Origin: Marsupella aquatica | Taxonomy: Eukaryota > Plantae > Marchantiophyta | Length of the DNA stretch: 64,000 bases | Direction: 5' to 3' | Assembly (NCBI GenBank): GCA_973895155.1 | Contig: OZ316895.1 | Coordinates: 4,839,181-4,903,180 of the forward strand | Shown here: piece by piece, positions 52,261 to 64,000 of the stretch | How the letters are laid out: every line of letters begins with the position of its first letter | How positions within the stretch are numbered: position 1 is the first letter of the stretch | Notes under the pieces: model-generated | Database searches by the model: none | Seen by the model: only the letters and a program-made list of their open reading frames with translations | What the model was told of the DNA's origin: nothing | Translations under genes and position numbers: made by a program

Positions 52261-55200
52261 CGAGGTCAGTGGAAGGGCAGTCAATTTGTATTGAGATATA
52301 TTGTTGGTTTGTTTATAAAGGAGAATGATGTAAGCCACGCCACCTGGGCATTAATATTAACTCATCTTTAATTATATTATTTTAAAGAAATTTAGAAAAA
52401 AATTATTGTGATTATTTAGAGAGAAATTTATTCTGAGACGCATGAATAGACTATTAAAAATATGTTTGCAGTTCATTCCAAAATTGATAAATCAATTATT
52501 ACATATAATCACTACATGTAGTGTTGTTATAAGAGTTGCACACTTGACATATTAAAATGTCAGCTAAATTTATAATTGCAACTTGTTTTAAAGCCATAAT
52601 AATATGTTACAACCACTTGAGGTATTAATATGTTTTGAATCTAGTTTTTGATATAAGCTTTATGTTCTACCTTTCTCCTAAAAGACTTCATTCTCATTGT
52701 CAGTACATGCAACTAATGGTATTGATATCATGAAATGGTTGAAACATCTTATCAAAATTATTCTTGGGATCCTTACTAGTGTTAAATTTTATTTTGTGAT
52801 GGAATACATTAGATAAATTTGATGATCAGTTGCTATGTCACTTATAAGATTATTTCAAAGTTGATTGTATAATTGTGTGTATACGTCAAACATTTGTCAT
52901 TACTTTAATTTGTTTTGAATGAGTTTTGAAATCTTGCTGTTACAATTTGATGTAAGCATGACTTTGCTTTCTAGTAGTGCTAATAGTTAAATAGCTTTAG
53001 AGATTGTCTTATTTTGTGGTCTTGTTTTGTGCATTGTTTTGTTAGCAGAGACTCGCAGCCTTGTGTGTCAACTTTATAGTTCAAAATTATATATAGGCAA
53101 AGTACACTTAGTTTCTAGTAGGATTTTTGAGTTTGTCATGACCTACCTGTAATTTATGGGGGCTAACGTAGTGCACACAACTTGCTATAATGCATGCAAA
53201 CAAAATAATACTATTTAAACCTTAAGACCATCTTCTATATTGATGTAAAAAAAATTTATAACCAAAACTTTATACTATAGGCACTTTAAAATCAAATTCT
53301 TATGAAAATTTTATATTTTACAGTGAATAAGAGATTTACATAGCCTCATCAGATTACAAATATCATTTGATTAACTAGGTTCTCTAATCCTTGGCGGAGC
53401 CACTATATAATGGGTTGTGCATAAGTGTTTGTGTTATTTATTATCCTACATTTAAATCAAATTTATAACATTAATCAAATTTATAACATTAATCAAATGA
53501 TGACAAGTACAAATTTTCTAATTAAAAAACTTTATAATTGCATGAAATTTCTAATTAGTCATTCTCAAAATGACTAAAATAACATTTTGTTGCATGTGAT
53601 GTGTCACTTTTGTGAACGTAACTTAACTTTTTCCTAGCCCAATTTGAGATAAAAAAGAACTGACAATCATAATTGTTGATAGTTGGCAGTCCATTACTTT
53701 AATCTACTGCCAATTTAAGGCAGCCTAACTATTTTCTTACATGCTTGAAAGAAAATAAGACAGTTATAAAAATAATGTCTCAAATAGCATTGAGAAAAGT
53801 CATAAAATCAGTGAAAAAGCCAAAGAAGTAGCACAAAGAGCAATGAATGACAGACCAAAAAGAAGACAAGAAAGAAAAAATACAAAATATAGAGGCAAAA
53901 AAGAAACAAAGAATACAGAAAAGAGAGTAGTGAATCCAAGAAAGAGAACAAGATAACAAAGAAAGAAGAGAGAAACAAATTGGTTGAAAAATTAAAAAAC
54001 AAATGGATGAGATGGAATGGGTACCTCATATCAGATGCAATTGTTTTAGGCATGCTATATTGTGAAACTCAAAAGCAATTTTTAAGTTTTATTCTTATTA
54101 ATTTGGAATGTCTGAAATTTAATATTTGTAGTAAACATACATCATTCTTATCTAATTTTTGTCCCACTGCAATCATTTCACTGTAGCAGGGTCAATTATC
54201 TTTAGCAATCTTCTTTAGTTAAGATATTAATGTATAATTGAATCATTTTGTCTACTACTAAGTAAAAATAGATCAACAAGCATGTCAATATGCCCCAAAA
54301 CTAGCTAGAAGCTCAATTTCTTACATCAATATATTGTCTTTTGCTAATTTTGGATGCAAGACATCTGCCCTTTGTGACTGAAAGCCATTTTAGAGTGCTC
54401 ATTGTTTTTTTTAAAACAAGCACAAGTACCTTGAATCCTGTGGTTGCCCTGAATGGAGATGAAACCCTGGTTTAAACTGACAGACAAGTTGTCTTGTTGT
54501 TTGGCATGACAATTTGTCATTTGTCGGCTTCAAAAGGGGTCAAAAATTATTTTATTGAGACGGGATCAGGACACAGGGTGCAGTCCGATAGATGCCTCGC
54601 TACAGGTTGGACGGTTGCTCAAACTATCTGCTAAACTCTTTTTAAACTCTTTTGGATGCCTAAATGGTGGTTGTGCATATTTAAAAATCATATGCATCAT
54701 TATATTCATTGTCAGCAATTCATGTAGGTATTTGTCGTAACAAGTTTCATGAAGATTAGAAAAGTAATATAAATAATAGTATATGATGTTGACGATAATC
54801 ACAAATGGAATTGGAAGCGGAGCAAAATCTCACAAAGAGACATCAGCTAGTCTGGTTAGCCAAAGTGGTGCAAGGCAGCCATAGTTTTTGCTGGGAGGGT
54901 TAGCTTAACATATATTTTGGGGTATCAATGCAATCATAATCTAATATGAATTATCTATTTTACTTTATAAAAGATATCCATTATAGAATATTTTTATTCT
55001 ATTGTCTACGCCTTTTATAATTTTAGCTAATCTCCATCAAAAATACAATCATATTTTGAATCGCATGCAATTCTTACAATTTTTTGGAAGTTGACCCCCT
55101 TAATTAGAGTGTTTGCCAATGCGTAGCTTCAAATTGTTAATTGCTTGCATGATGGTCTCAGTGATTTGTTCACATCTAAACATGAAAAAAGCATCAACTT

Positions 55201-56090
55201 GGACATGAGCATGAATTGATATATTATTCCAAACATTCCAAAACACTTTTGTTGGGAATATCCATCATTAAAGCTAGAAATAGGTGTACATTAATTTGGA
55301 TGTTGTGTCCTCATTACAACTCTATGTGGCCTTCTTTAAATCCTTTCTTTGTAGGCATCCAATTGTACATTTTAGATAAAGTTTATAATCTAGCGCTCAG
55401 GGTCATCATCATTAATTTTCAACTTTTGTGAACATCCTATTTGGTTCCAAATTTGTCAACAAAGCCAATAGATTTATACAAAGCTATAGTACTCTGATAG
55501 GGCATGCAAGACTATACTAGACAAAAGGTAGTTACCAGGATATAAGGAAATATCTTTGAAGGTTTCACTTCCACAAAAACAACACATCAAGTGCGACAAA
55601 TGATAAGATTATTTTATTGGTTCACAGAAGACTTCAATTTTTTTCTAAAGAACGATAGGGTACTTTCAATACAATTTTGATACTTATAACAACATTAGTG
55701 TCCAAAACTATTCCAAACTTTATAGGGGTTATTAAATTTTTTTTTTCCAACAATTTAAGGAGTCAAAGGCCTAAAAATGTAGCCGGTGATGAGAAGGCCT
55801 CCATATAGTGAGACCCTAGAGGAAATAACTGCGAGAGACAACAATAGCCAGACGGCGCACATCATCCAAGAGACATAATCTTGAAATTCTTTAGCTCTCT
55901 TCCAGACAAGGGTGCACATGATAACTAGAACAGCCTCGAGCATAGGGATTCCTTGTAACGAACTATCTAAAATAGGTGGAAGGTTGGAAGCATTTTTATG
56001 AGCCCTCACAAGCTTGGGCACATGCATGCTGTAAAGTCTGGAGAAAGATTTTGTGAGGATTTTGGGTAATTGATGCTGAGTACATCCCGT

Positions 56091-56273
56091 GCTGTACTTC
56101 AAAGCTTGAGAGCATTCCACAGCGCTACTTGCAAAGTCAATGGGGGTGGCTGCTGTACTTCAATGCTTGAGAGCATTCCACAGCGCTACTTGCAAAGTCA
56201 ATGGGGGTGGCTGCTGTACTTCAATGCTTGAGAGCATTCCACAGCGCTACTTGCAAAGTCAATGGGGGTGGCT
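56091..56273. repeat. Near-perfect 61-bp tandem repeat, 3 copies
   Basis: gctgtacttcaa(a/t)gcttgagagcattccacagcgctacttgcaaagtcaatgggggtggct at 56091, 56152 and 56213. Confidence 0.92.
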
Positions 56274-58469
56274 TTGCAGGGGGACACAAAAATGCTTTGT
56301 TGCCGTAGTTGCTCTTGAAAACCGGCGTCTGTTCATCTTTTTGACTATAAAATAGCAGGTCTTGTTTGCCATGTCAATGACACTACCAGTTACCCACCTG
56401 TGATTTTATAAAAACCTCCTCAGCATTGTTCTCCCAAAGCACATCGTGGGATTTTATAAAACCTCCTCAGCATTGTTCTCGCAAAGCGCATCGTGAACCG
56501 TGCAGGTTATATCACTTACAATAAGTTTATTCGGAACAAAACTAGCTCCCGGAACGTGATCCTGTTGTGCTTTGAGCTGGATGGCATTCCATGACAATTC
56601 ACCCCTTGTTCTGAAAAGTGGTTTTGGACACATCAACTGGTTTGATCAGCCCCATAGTACTAACAGGCTACGATCTAACAAGCGCCCAGAGTCATTGATA
56701 TGTGGGGGGTTCTTACAACACATTCCCAAAGGCGCTTACAACTCCTTGAGCGGGAACTGGTCAGTGTACTCACAGTCAAAGTTTGTCACGTTTGAATTGG
56801 CATGGAAGACGATTAAGTCCATTCAAAGCATGGTCAGACCAGTCTGTGCACAGTGATCAGACTGTAAGGGTAAACCCAATTCCTATGTGGCAAGCTTAGG
56901 GATCAAATACCAGCAAGAGATAACAGAAGGAAGACGCAGTCGTGACTGAGCCACCCATTACTTCGACCCTGAAGCATCGTGCAACAGCAAACACTATCAA
57001 GAAGTGTAGAACATAAGCGATCTACACAGACTATTACATTACAGTTTCTGGTCAGTAGATCCCATGGATATCTTTTGTCCTGAGCCGATTTTCCAATAAG
57101 GTGAAGTAACAATCTTTGTCAGAATGGCCTTTGTACTAGTACAGGTCTTTCCAGCACAATCTTGTCTCAGAACAGAAAATTTGACGAAATGTTGACAAAC
57201 AATAAGCGATGCCTGAACTGTAATGTAGCTTCTCTATATCGTTGCCCGTTCCTGCACTCGCTTAGATGTACCTTACAACAGGCAGTAAATGCTGTCCTCT
57301 AGATACCTGCCACTTTCTGGCCAGAACAACCTGCATTCAACGACCTGTAGTGCTAAGAATAGGCGCCCACAACAGAAATGTTGAATTTCTAGGTACTTTG
57401 AAATCTCCTTTGTTCACTACCATCAGAATCCAGATGTTAAGCCTTAGAAGGAAGCAAATTTGGTCGTTCGAGTTTTACTGGCTCTCTGCTCTATCATAAA
57501 TTTTTCATCCTCGGGGCTCGAGAAAAGGCAAGATAGCTTAGGATGTTTTGTGTTCCAAAGAAATTCCGAAACAATTGTTCTGCCCATCAACTAGTATCAA
57601 AAGATATCTCAAAATCTGAGAACATAGTGAAGAACTAACGGCAAGCAAAGAGCCTCTAAACAATGATTTCAATGCAGTGACAACGCTACTATATCAGACA
57701 AGGAGGTACCTAAAACGGAGCAGACAGACCAAGACGGACCTCCACATAAAATGTAGTCCTTGCTGAAACATTGGGAGCAGCATGGGCAATGTTTAACATA
57801 CTGCTGAAACCATTTTGACAAGTGCTTCCGCGCGCAAGAATCCACAACGGTGATAATGTCAATCGATTTGTATCCAACAGCTTTATTGCACATCCGTGTA
57901 ACTAATCCCCTCTGAAATTTGAGAATCAAAATCCTAAATCCTTGGCAATGGTCATAAGTAGGATAATGCTTTCACTCCTGTAAATGACAGCTGGCATTCC
58001 TTGACCTCAAGCTGAAATGTCCGTCCATCGGTATGCAAGGGAACCATATGAATTCAGGATTCATCCTCCAGAGGTATCCAATCTCCTAGAATAAAAGCTT
58101 CCTATTATTAACGAAAGAAGATCCAATTCGCCAGTATTATGAACCACGGTGAAAGGATAGCAAATAAGACCATGCCTCTGACCAAAACTACGGAACCTGC
58201 GCGGGGTGTCTAATGTTGACATGAGACGGCGGGGGGGGGGGAAATAGAAAGTGAAACGTTGAAGGGCTGGCTAGAAGTAGAAGGAATCATCATGGAATCA
58301 AGACGTAAATGTTGGTATCAAAAGGTGCTGCGGCTTGACACTAAGTTTACGCACCGCACTACCACTCTGAAGGACTCCAACTTCCAAGACAAAGGTTGGA
58401 TTGAATCCCGGAAGGTATTGATGCAATAACCAAACCCTAAACACTTACCACCGAGGATATCAGCCGGCT

Positions 58470-59374
58470 TCACTCTTCTGTAATAGGTGGGCCGAAATTC
58501 TTGCACCACATCTGAGAGGGAACGGGACGGATAGGAGGAACTGGTCGTTGCTGCATCCAAATAAAGTGAAACGCTTAGAAGGCAATCTGAAAAAGTCAGC
58601 GCATGAGTGTAACAGTGGTCGTAGCTGCATCCAAATGAAATGACATTCCATTGGAAAATAATTCATTGTAGAGTCGCCGATCAAAGCGCAAAAGATCCGA
58701 AGTTAAGAGGGAAAGCAAAGGGTAGCAGAAGGGTCCATCATATGACTACGTAACCAAATACAGGTCGTCTCTCCATTGCACGAGGCACGGGGCAGCATAA
58801 GAGCCAAAGCAAGAGAGAGGAAATTACGCTAGGACAACATAGCAGCACAAGCGCAAAAGCGCAAAAGCGAGAGAGAGAAAATTACAGCTAGCAAAACGAT
58901 AACCTAATGCGTTATAGACTGCTCTCTTGTGATGGTTCAGATGAACTTCCCTAGATTTCCCTACATGGTTAATTGAATTTCCCTAGACAGGCATGATGTT
59001 GTTGGCAACAGTTTGTCCACAAACAACGGCAGCTGACTAAGAAGGCGACTTAATGGGCTGTTACCCACACGAAAGAAAAGAAAGGAAGTGATATTCATCA
59101 TGTGCCGGGCTACGCCAGATCATTGACATGACAAATCGTCTCTCCGAATGCAGGATCTTCCTCAGCTAAACGAGAGAAAATAACGTACCTCAAGTTGAGC
59201 AGACTTTACGGCGATAGGGATACAGGTGACAAAGATGCCAGCCAGAGCGATGGCAGTGTTTCGACGCCACAATTTCGGGTCACACCACCATCCTCCCGTC
59301 GGACTCCACACCCCAGTGGGGTAGCCCGGGTAATGGGCATCACCATGACCTCCTCCTCCTCCTCCTCCTCCCAT
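58470..59374 (-). CDS. Small single-pass membrane protein, At4g00585/fungal NUUM-like (putative mitochondrial complex I-associated); exons 59374-59189 and 58550-58470
   Basis: MGGG..VWSPTGGWWCDPKLWRRNTAIA..SAQLE|QRPVPPIRPVPSQMWCKNF; GT-AG intron in phase. Functional assignment from memory. Confidence 0.8.
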
Positions 59375-62300
59375 CACTAAGTCTACCGAATTGAATCAAA
59401 CTCACCCCAGATATATCACAGGAAGAGAAATCCTTGAAAATCAACTTCCCAATGAACTCAGGGGTTCAGCAGGCAGATTGGAACTGGTCACCCAGCTCTC
59501 TGAATTCGTATTGGAAAGCACCACAAGGTCCGAATGCGGAAAGAAATCGTCACAAAAGGAACAACACGAAAAGGTGGCTATTCAATTCGAGGTAATGTCA
59601 ACAATTGGGGGAGCACTACAGTAGGTTTCCAGGAGTGAGGAAGCATCAAGGATATGACATAAGCAATTCGAACCAGAGAAGGTGTCGAATCTGGAACTGT
59701 AGAGGTCGACCTCGAGGAAGGTTGTGATTGTTGACCAAACCCACCATAGCCCTCGAGCACCTGCGACTCATTTACCGTGGTGAAATCTCGGTTTGCCTGA
59801 TTTGTTCAATTCAGTAATTATGAGCATTTTGTGTCCAATTAACAAAGTTTTTTGGGGCCACGAAGCTTATCCATAAACTCATGTCATTTGTAAGTGTTGG
59901 GCTTCTTTGATAACTTTTTTACATTGTTTGGGTGCTAGAATAGTTTTTAAGCAAATCTCTCCTTTAGTGCCACTTTTTGTCAAAAAATAGCCACCTGCCA
60001 TGCCTGGTTAAGCAAATTTGTGGATAGATTTCTTTTTTTATAATTCTGTAAAACTACTTAAATGAAATTTTTATCAAATTTTTTATCATGTAGATAATAA
60101 TATTCTAAGAACAACCAGGGACCAAAAAATTCTAAACCTACTTGATGGCAAACTGAAGAGCCTGGTAGAGCTTAGGTATGGATTGCATAGCAAGGGAATC
60201 TGACTACCTCACCTTTCTCACAAATAGTGAATGCTCTGTGCCCCAACAAGGGAGCGGTTTATTACATCAAGCTTGTAAAGGTTTGCAGTCTAGTAGAGCG
60301 TCTCAAACATGAAAAAAAAAATCACCTCACAGGCAGCCCAGTACAACCAGACACCGATTTTCTTAGGCAATCAAATTTGAGGGGGTTGGCATTGTGTGTG
60401 AAAAGCAACCTGAGTTGACGAGCACTCTGAAATAGGGACCTTCCCTGTAACAATCAGGCCCTATGTATTGGTCACGATTCCCAGGCGTGACTGGTTGGGC
60501 CTTACAGTAGTGGCCAGTCCTTCCCTTCGCCCTGGCCTGCTACTGACCCGGGCACAATAGAATGCAAAATTTTGTCCTGTTGAGACCCCTAGTAACATCC
60601 AGGGTGTCACATGAAGGAAGGAGGGAAGGCAAGCCAGAGTCCCAAAGTCAACAACAAACAATGAGGGTGCCAACAACAATGAGGGTGCCGCGCCATCGAG
60701 AACTATGGAACCCACTTCTCGAGCCTACTCTAGTAGTCTAAGCCACACCGCAGTGGACTCGACTAAAACTTGGCCTCGACGATCCTTTCGATGCGATGCG
60801 AGTCATCGTGTTTTCTTTGGCCTGCAGCTCCTTTTCGATGCGAGAACGCGCCCTCACGTCGGTATCGATCGCACCACTAAGGTGGTCGGCTTGAAGCTCC
60901 ATCGATCCAGTTCACGATCCGAGTTCATGATCCGAGTCTTGCTTGTTTGAGAGCGAAGAATCACGCAAAATGCTCACTCAGGGTCCCGCCGATGGACGAA
61001 GAAGACGGTGGTCTCTCCGATGCCGCAGCTGTGAGTACTAATTTTTGTTAATGTTGTGCTGGGAAAGAAGGAGGAGTAGGAGAGATGGATTGGAGCGGTT
61101 GTGGAGTGTCGAATGCGGAGGAGCCTGACTCGGTTGTCGACTTTTTCTGTGGAGCTCGATCGGAATGGCGCCGGCTGTGCTGTCTTCGAGGTGTCGATAA
61201 TTGATTTGGTGGTTTTGACATTGCTCTTTGTGGAGGAGTCGTCGGTCGCTTGCCGGTGAGCAGACGCGATGGCGCGCTCATGGCCCGTGCAAATGGCGTA
61301 CACTCTGGAGCGCAATTTTCGGTTGAAATTTCGAGATGGAGGTCACACATTTCAGGAAATTGTGCTGCCGGTAAGCGTTTTTTGGTCAGCTAGTTTTACT
61401 TCCCAGTGAGTTCTCATGTGTCCCTGAGTCTGTCCGGCCCAACCTTCAATGAATGGAATCTTCGCATCTCCTTCCTCCCGGCGCACAGGAAGGAAAGAAA
61501 TCCGGTCTCCCGAGCTTATTAATATTGTGGAGTTGTTTTTTGTACTCCTGCCTCCTCCCGGCAACTGAGTCTCCCAAGCAAGTCTTCAATGTAGACACAT
61601 AATTAAATCAAATTGCCATTTATTTTGTATCCCCTCAATGTACGAATTTCATCCTCTCCTTTCCCAAGGGTCTGTGTGTACAAAGTGCCCGAGGGCCAGC
61701 CGTTCAATCATACAGAGCTCTCTCAATTTTGCTGGCATTGACAATTGATGCCGCTGTGGTTTGCCTGTTAAGACCTTTATCGGTCATGCCAAGTTTTTTG
61801 GGATTAATTTAGCTTGTACTGCGCCATCTACGAACGAACTATTGCCTGCCCTACTACTGACAGACTAGTACTGGATGAACGAGGCCGTAAATGGCAAGCC
61901 ACTTGCGTCGTCTATAAATGCTAGCTATGGAACTCTCTGTGTTTCGGGATTAGACTTCAATTTGTAGGCAGGTGGTCCTCCGGCAGTTCTCATCTTGGGT
62001 TCACGTAATCTGTGGCTTATGCTAGAAAATTCGAAGACCAGCTGTTTCCTATCAAAGTATCTGTCATCGTTCTAGATTAAAGTAGAAGGCAGACAATGAA
62101 ATTGGGGATAGGCATGCATGCAGAGGACTGAGGTTTGTTTCTGAAAACTACAGTGTATGGCAATTTATTAAGACGTACTGTGCGTAGTACGACAGTTGTT
62201 GGTATATTGCATGAGGACTGAGTTTGGTTTCTTTCCTGAATAGTATAGTGTATGGCAATTTATTGTACTGTGCGTAGTAGGACAATTGTTGATAAATACA

Positions 62301-63069
62301 TATAGAGATATATCACATCTCGAATCAGGTACGTGTTAATGATTTTGAAAGTGTTTTTCCATCCACTAAATATCCTTTAAAATGCCAAACAACTTCGATG
62401 TGAATGCTGCATTTATAGTTACTGCCATCGTCGGGCAGCAGAGGACGATGTAGAGGAAATTAGGTAGGTGTTTCCAAGGTTGGTTGTTGTTTGATGAACG
62501 TGTCAAGTATCTTGTCACTTCCTTTCCGAGTCCTCGATGTCTTTCTCCAATTTCAGCTGGAGCTCAATTTCCTTGAATGAAGAGGTGTTTCTCATAGAGC
62601 TCTTCGCACTCGTCTTTCTTCCAGCTATTGGGCCGCTTATTAACGAACTTCCGCATTGGCTGAGTCATTGCTTGGATGAAACTATCAGCTAGTAGAATGG
62701 GGTCTATATGCCAGCCAAACCATCTTTCTTGCCCGGCATATTATCTTGACTCTGACAAGGTTGTGAGCGGTGCTGATCTTCATTCTGTTGATTGACATGT
62801 GTGGTGCAGATCTACATCATTGCACTGCTGGTTGTCGTAAAGTTGATGGAACCGTAAGTAATGTTCTAGTCTGGCAAGACTCCAGACTGGTTACTGATTA
62901 CTGATTGCATTGGACTTTGATAATCATGAGACAGAACCATAGAATGTATTAATGTGTGAGCACGATAAATTTATCCGTGATGGCAGTCAGTGGAATGAAT
63001 TGTTGCATTCATGAACCACGGCAAATTAGTCGTAATATGAATTGAAGTCTTGAATCCATTTATATTCAG

Positions 63070-63532
63070 GTAGCGAAGTCAGGTTTCTCATTTGTTTGAC
63101 TCGGATATCCCCAGGGTGATAAATATTCCTGCAACTCCAATGGATGCAAAATCAGATCTGTTTTGTGTACCAGTCGATCCTGGCCTTGATGGGCCTTGCG
63201 CGGGAATGCCTGAAAGACCTCCTCAGGACACCCTGGTAAAGTATCTTGCTGATCTTTACTTTTGGACTGTGCTGTCAGAATGCCAGGAGATTGAAGAAAT
63301 TGTGTTACTTTGCAATCCCAGATTTGCAAAGCATCTAAAGAGATATGACTGGATCGATTCTAAGTTTCACGTAGAGAGACTATTTTGAAGATTTAATAAG
63401 CTCCGCAACAGAAGAATTTTTGTGTTTGATAAGTTGCACTTTCCACTTGTGCAGCTTGCTTATGTCCCTCAGAACAACGATGCTGTCAACAAATTGGTGC
63501 TAAATATGGTTCAGCAGTTTGCACTTCAGTGA
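63070..63532 (+). other. Possible RNase H-like coding exon or pseudo-exon
   Basis: Acceptor ttcag at ~63069, an open frame, and a C-terminal LAYVPQNNDAVNKLV in another frame, reminiscent of RNase H (RVT_3) ends. Confidence 0.25.
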
Positions 63533-64000
63533 GGCCAATCTTTCTTACCTCTATACAGAAAACGAGGCAATGTTACCTTTTAAGTAGATTTGTCGCTCTG
63601 GAAACAGGACATTCTTTAATATGTTTAACTTTTTCAGTTCAGCTGACTTCAGTCCTTGCTTCGAAAGACAGATTTATGGTCTCATGAAGATTAAAAAAAA
63701 GTTGTGCTGTTTTTCAAGCTAAGTTTTCACTGTAACCTGTGCACAATTGGCACTGAAATCCTGTGCTCTGCAGATATAGCACACCAGCTCTTTCTCCAAG
63801 AGGTTTTGACACAGAAGATGATATGCAAAACTACTATTTTTCACATCCAGAAGTAAGATACACCTATCATGCCTTGCATGCTTTTTGGTAGTGTGCACTG
63901 GCAAGCACTAAAGCATACCTTGGTCGATCCTTCACACTCTTGCATGTTATCTTGGCTCTTCAATAGGTGTCCTGTTGGTCCGGGATGGGTCCATGCTGTA

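Noticed and set aside
56091-56273. Regular repeats as a CRISPR array
   Set aside because: Head-to-tail units with no unique spacers and no cas genes; eukaryotic context.

Overview
Eukaryotic nuclear DNA from a land plant, probably a non-seed plant (inferred from GT-AG introns and plant-type genes and TEs). Host genes are an organellar peptide chain release factor 2 (+), a DTW-domain protein (-), a class III peroxidase (-) and a small At4g00585-like membrane protein (-). A decayed PIF/Harbinger element runs off the left edge. The centre holds a 20.3-kb Ty1/copia element (16330-36625, TSD AATAT) whose nested insertions can be resolved by their TSDs. The most notable is a 10.5-kb DNA transposon (19598-30134) with an 8-bp TSD and bipartite TIRs. 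It carries a P-element-like DDE transposase, an ORF matching the composite PHD module of the H3K9me2 reader EDM2, an intronless CCD1 fragment, and a perfectly paired 60-nt D-arm-less tRNA-like cloverleaf followed by a long hairpin just 3' of the transposase. All family assignments come from motif recognition; no database searches were run.
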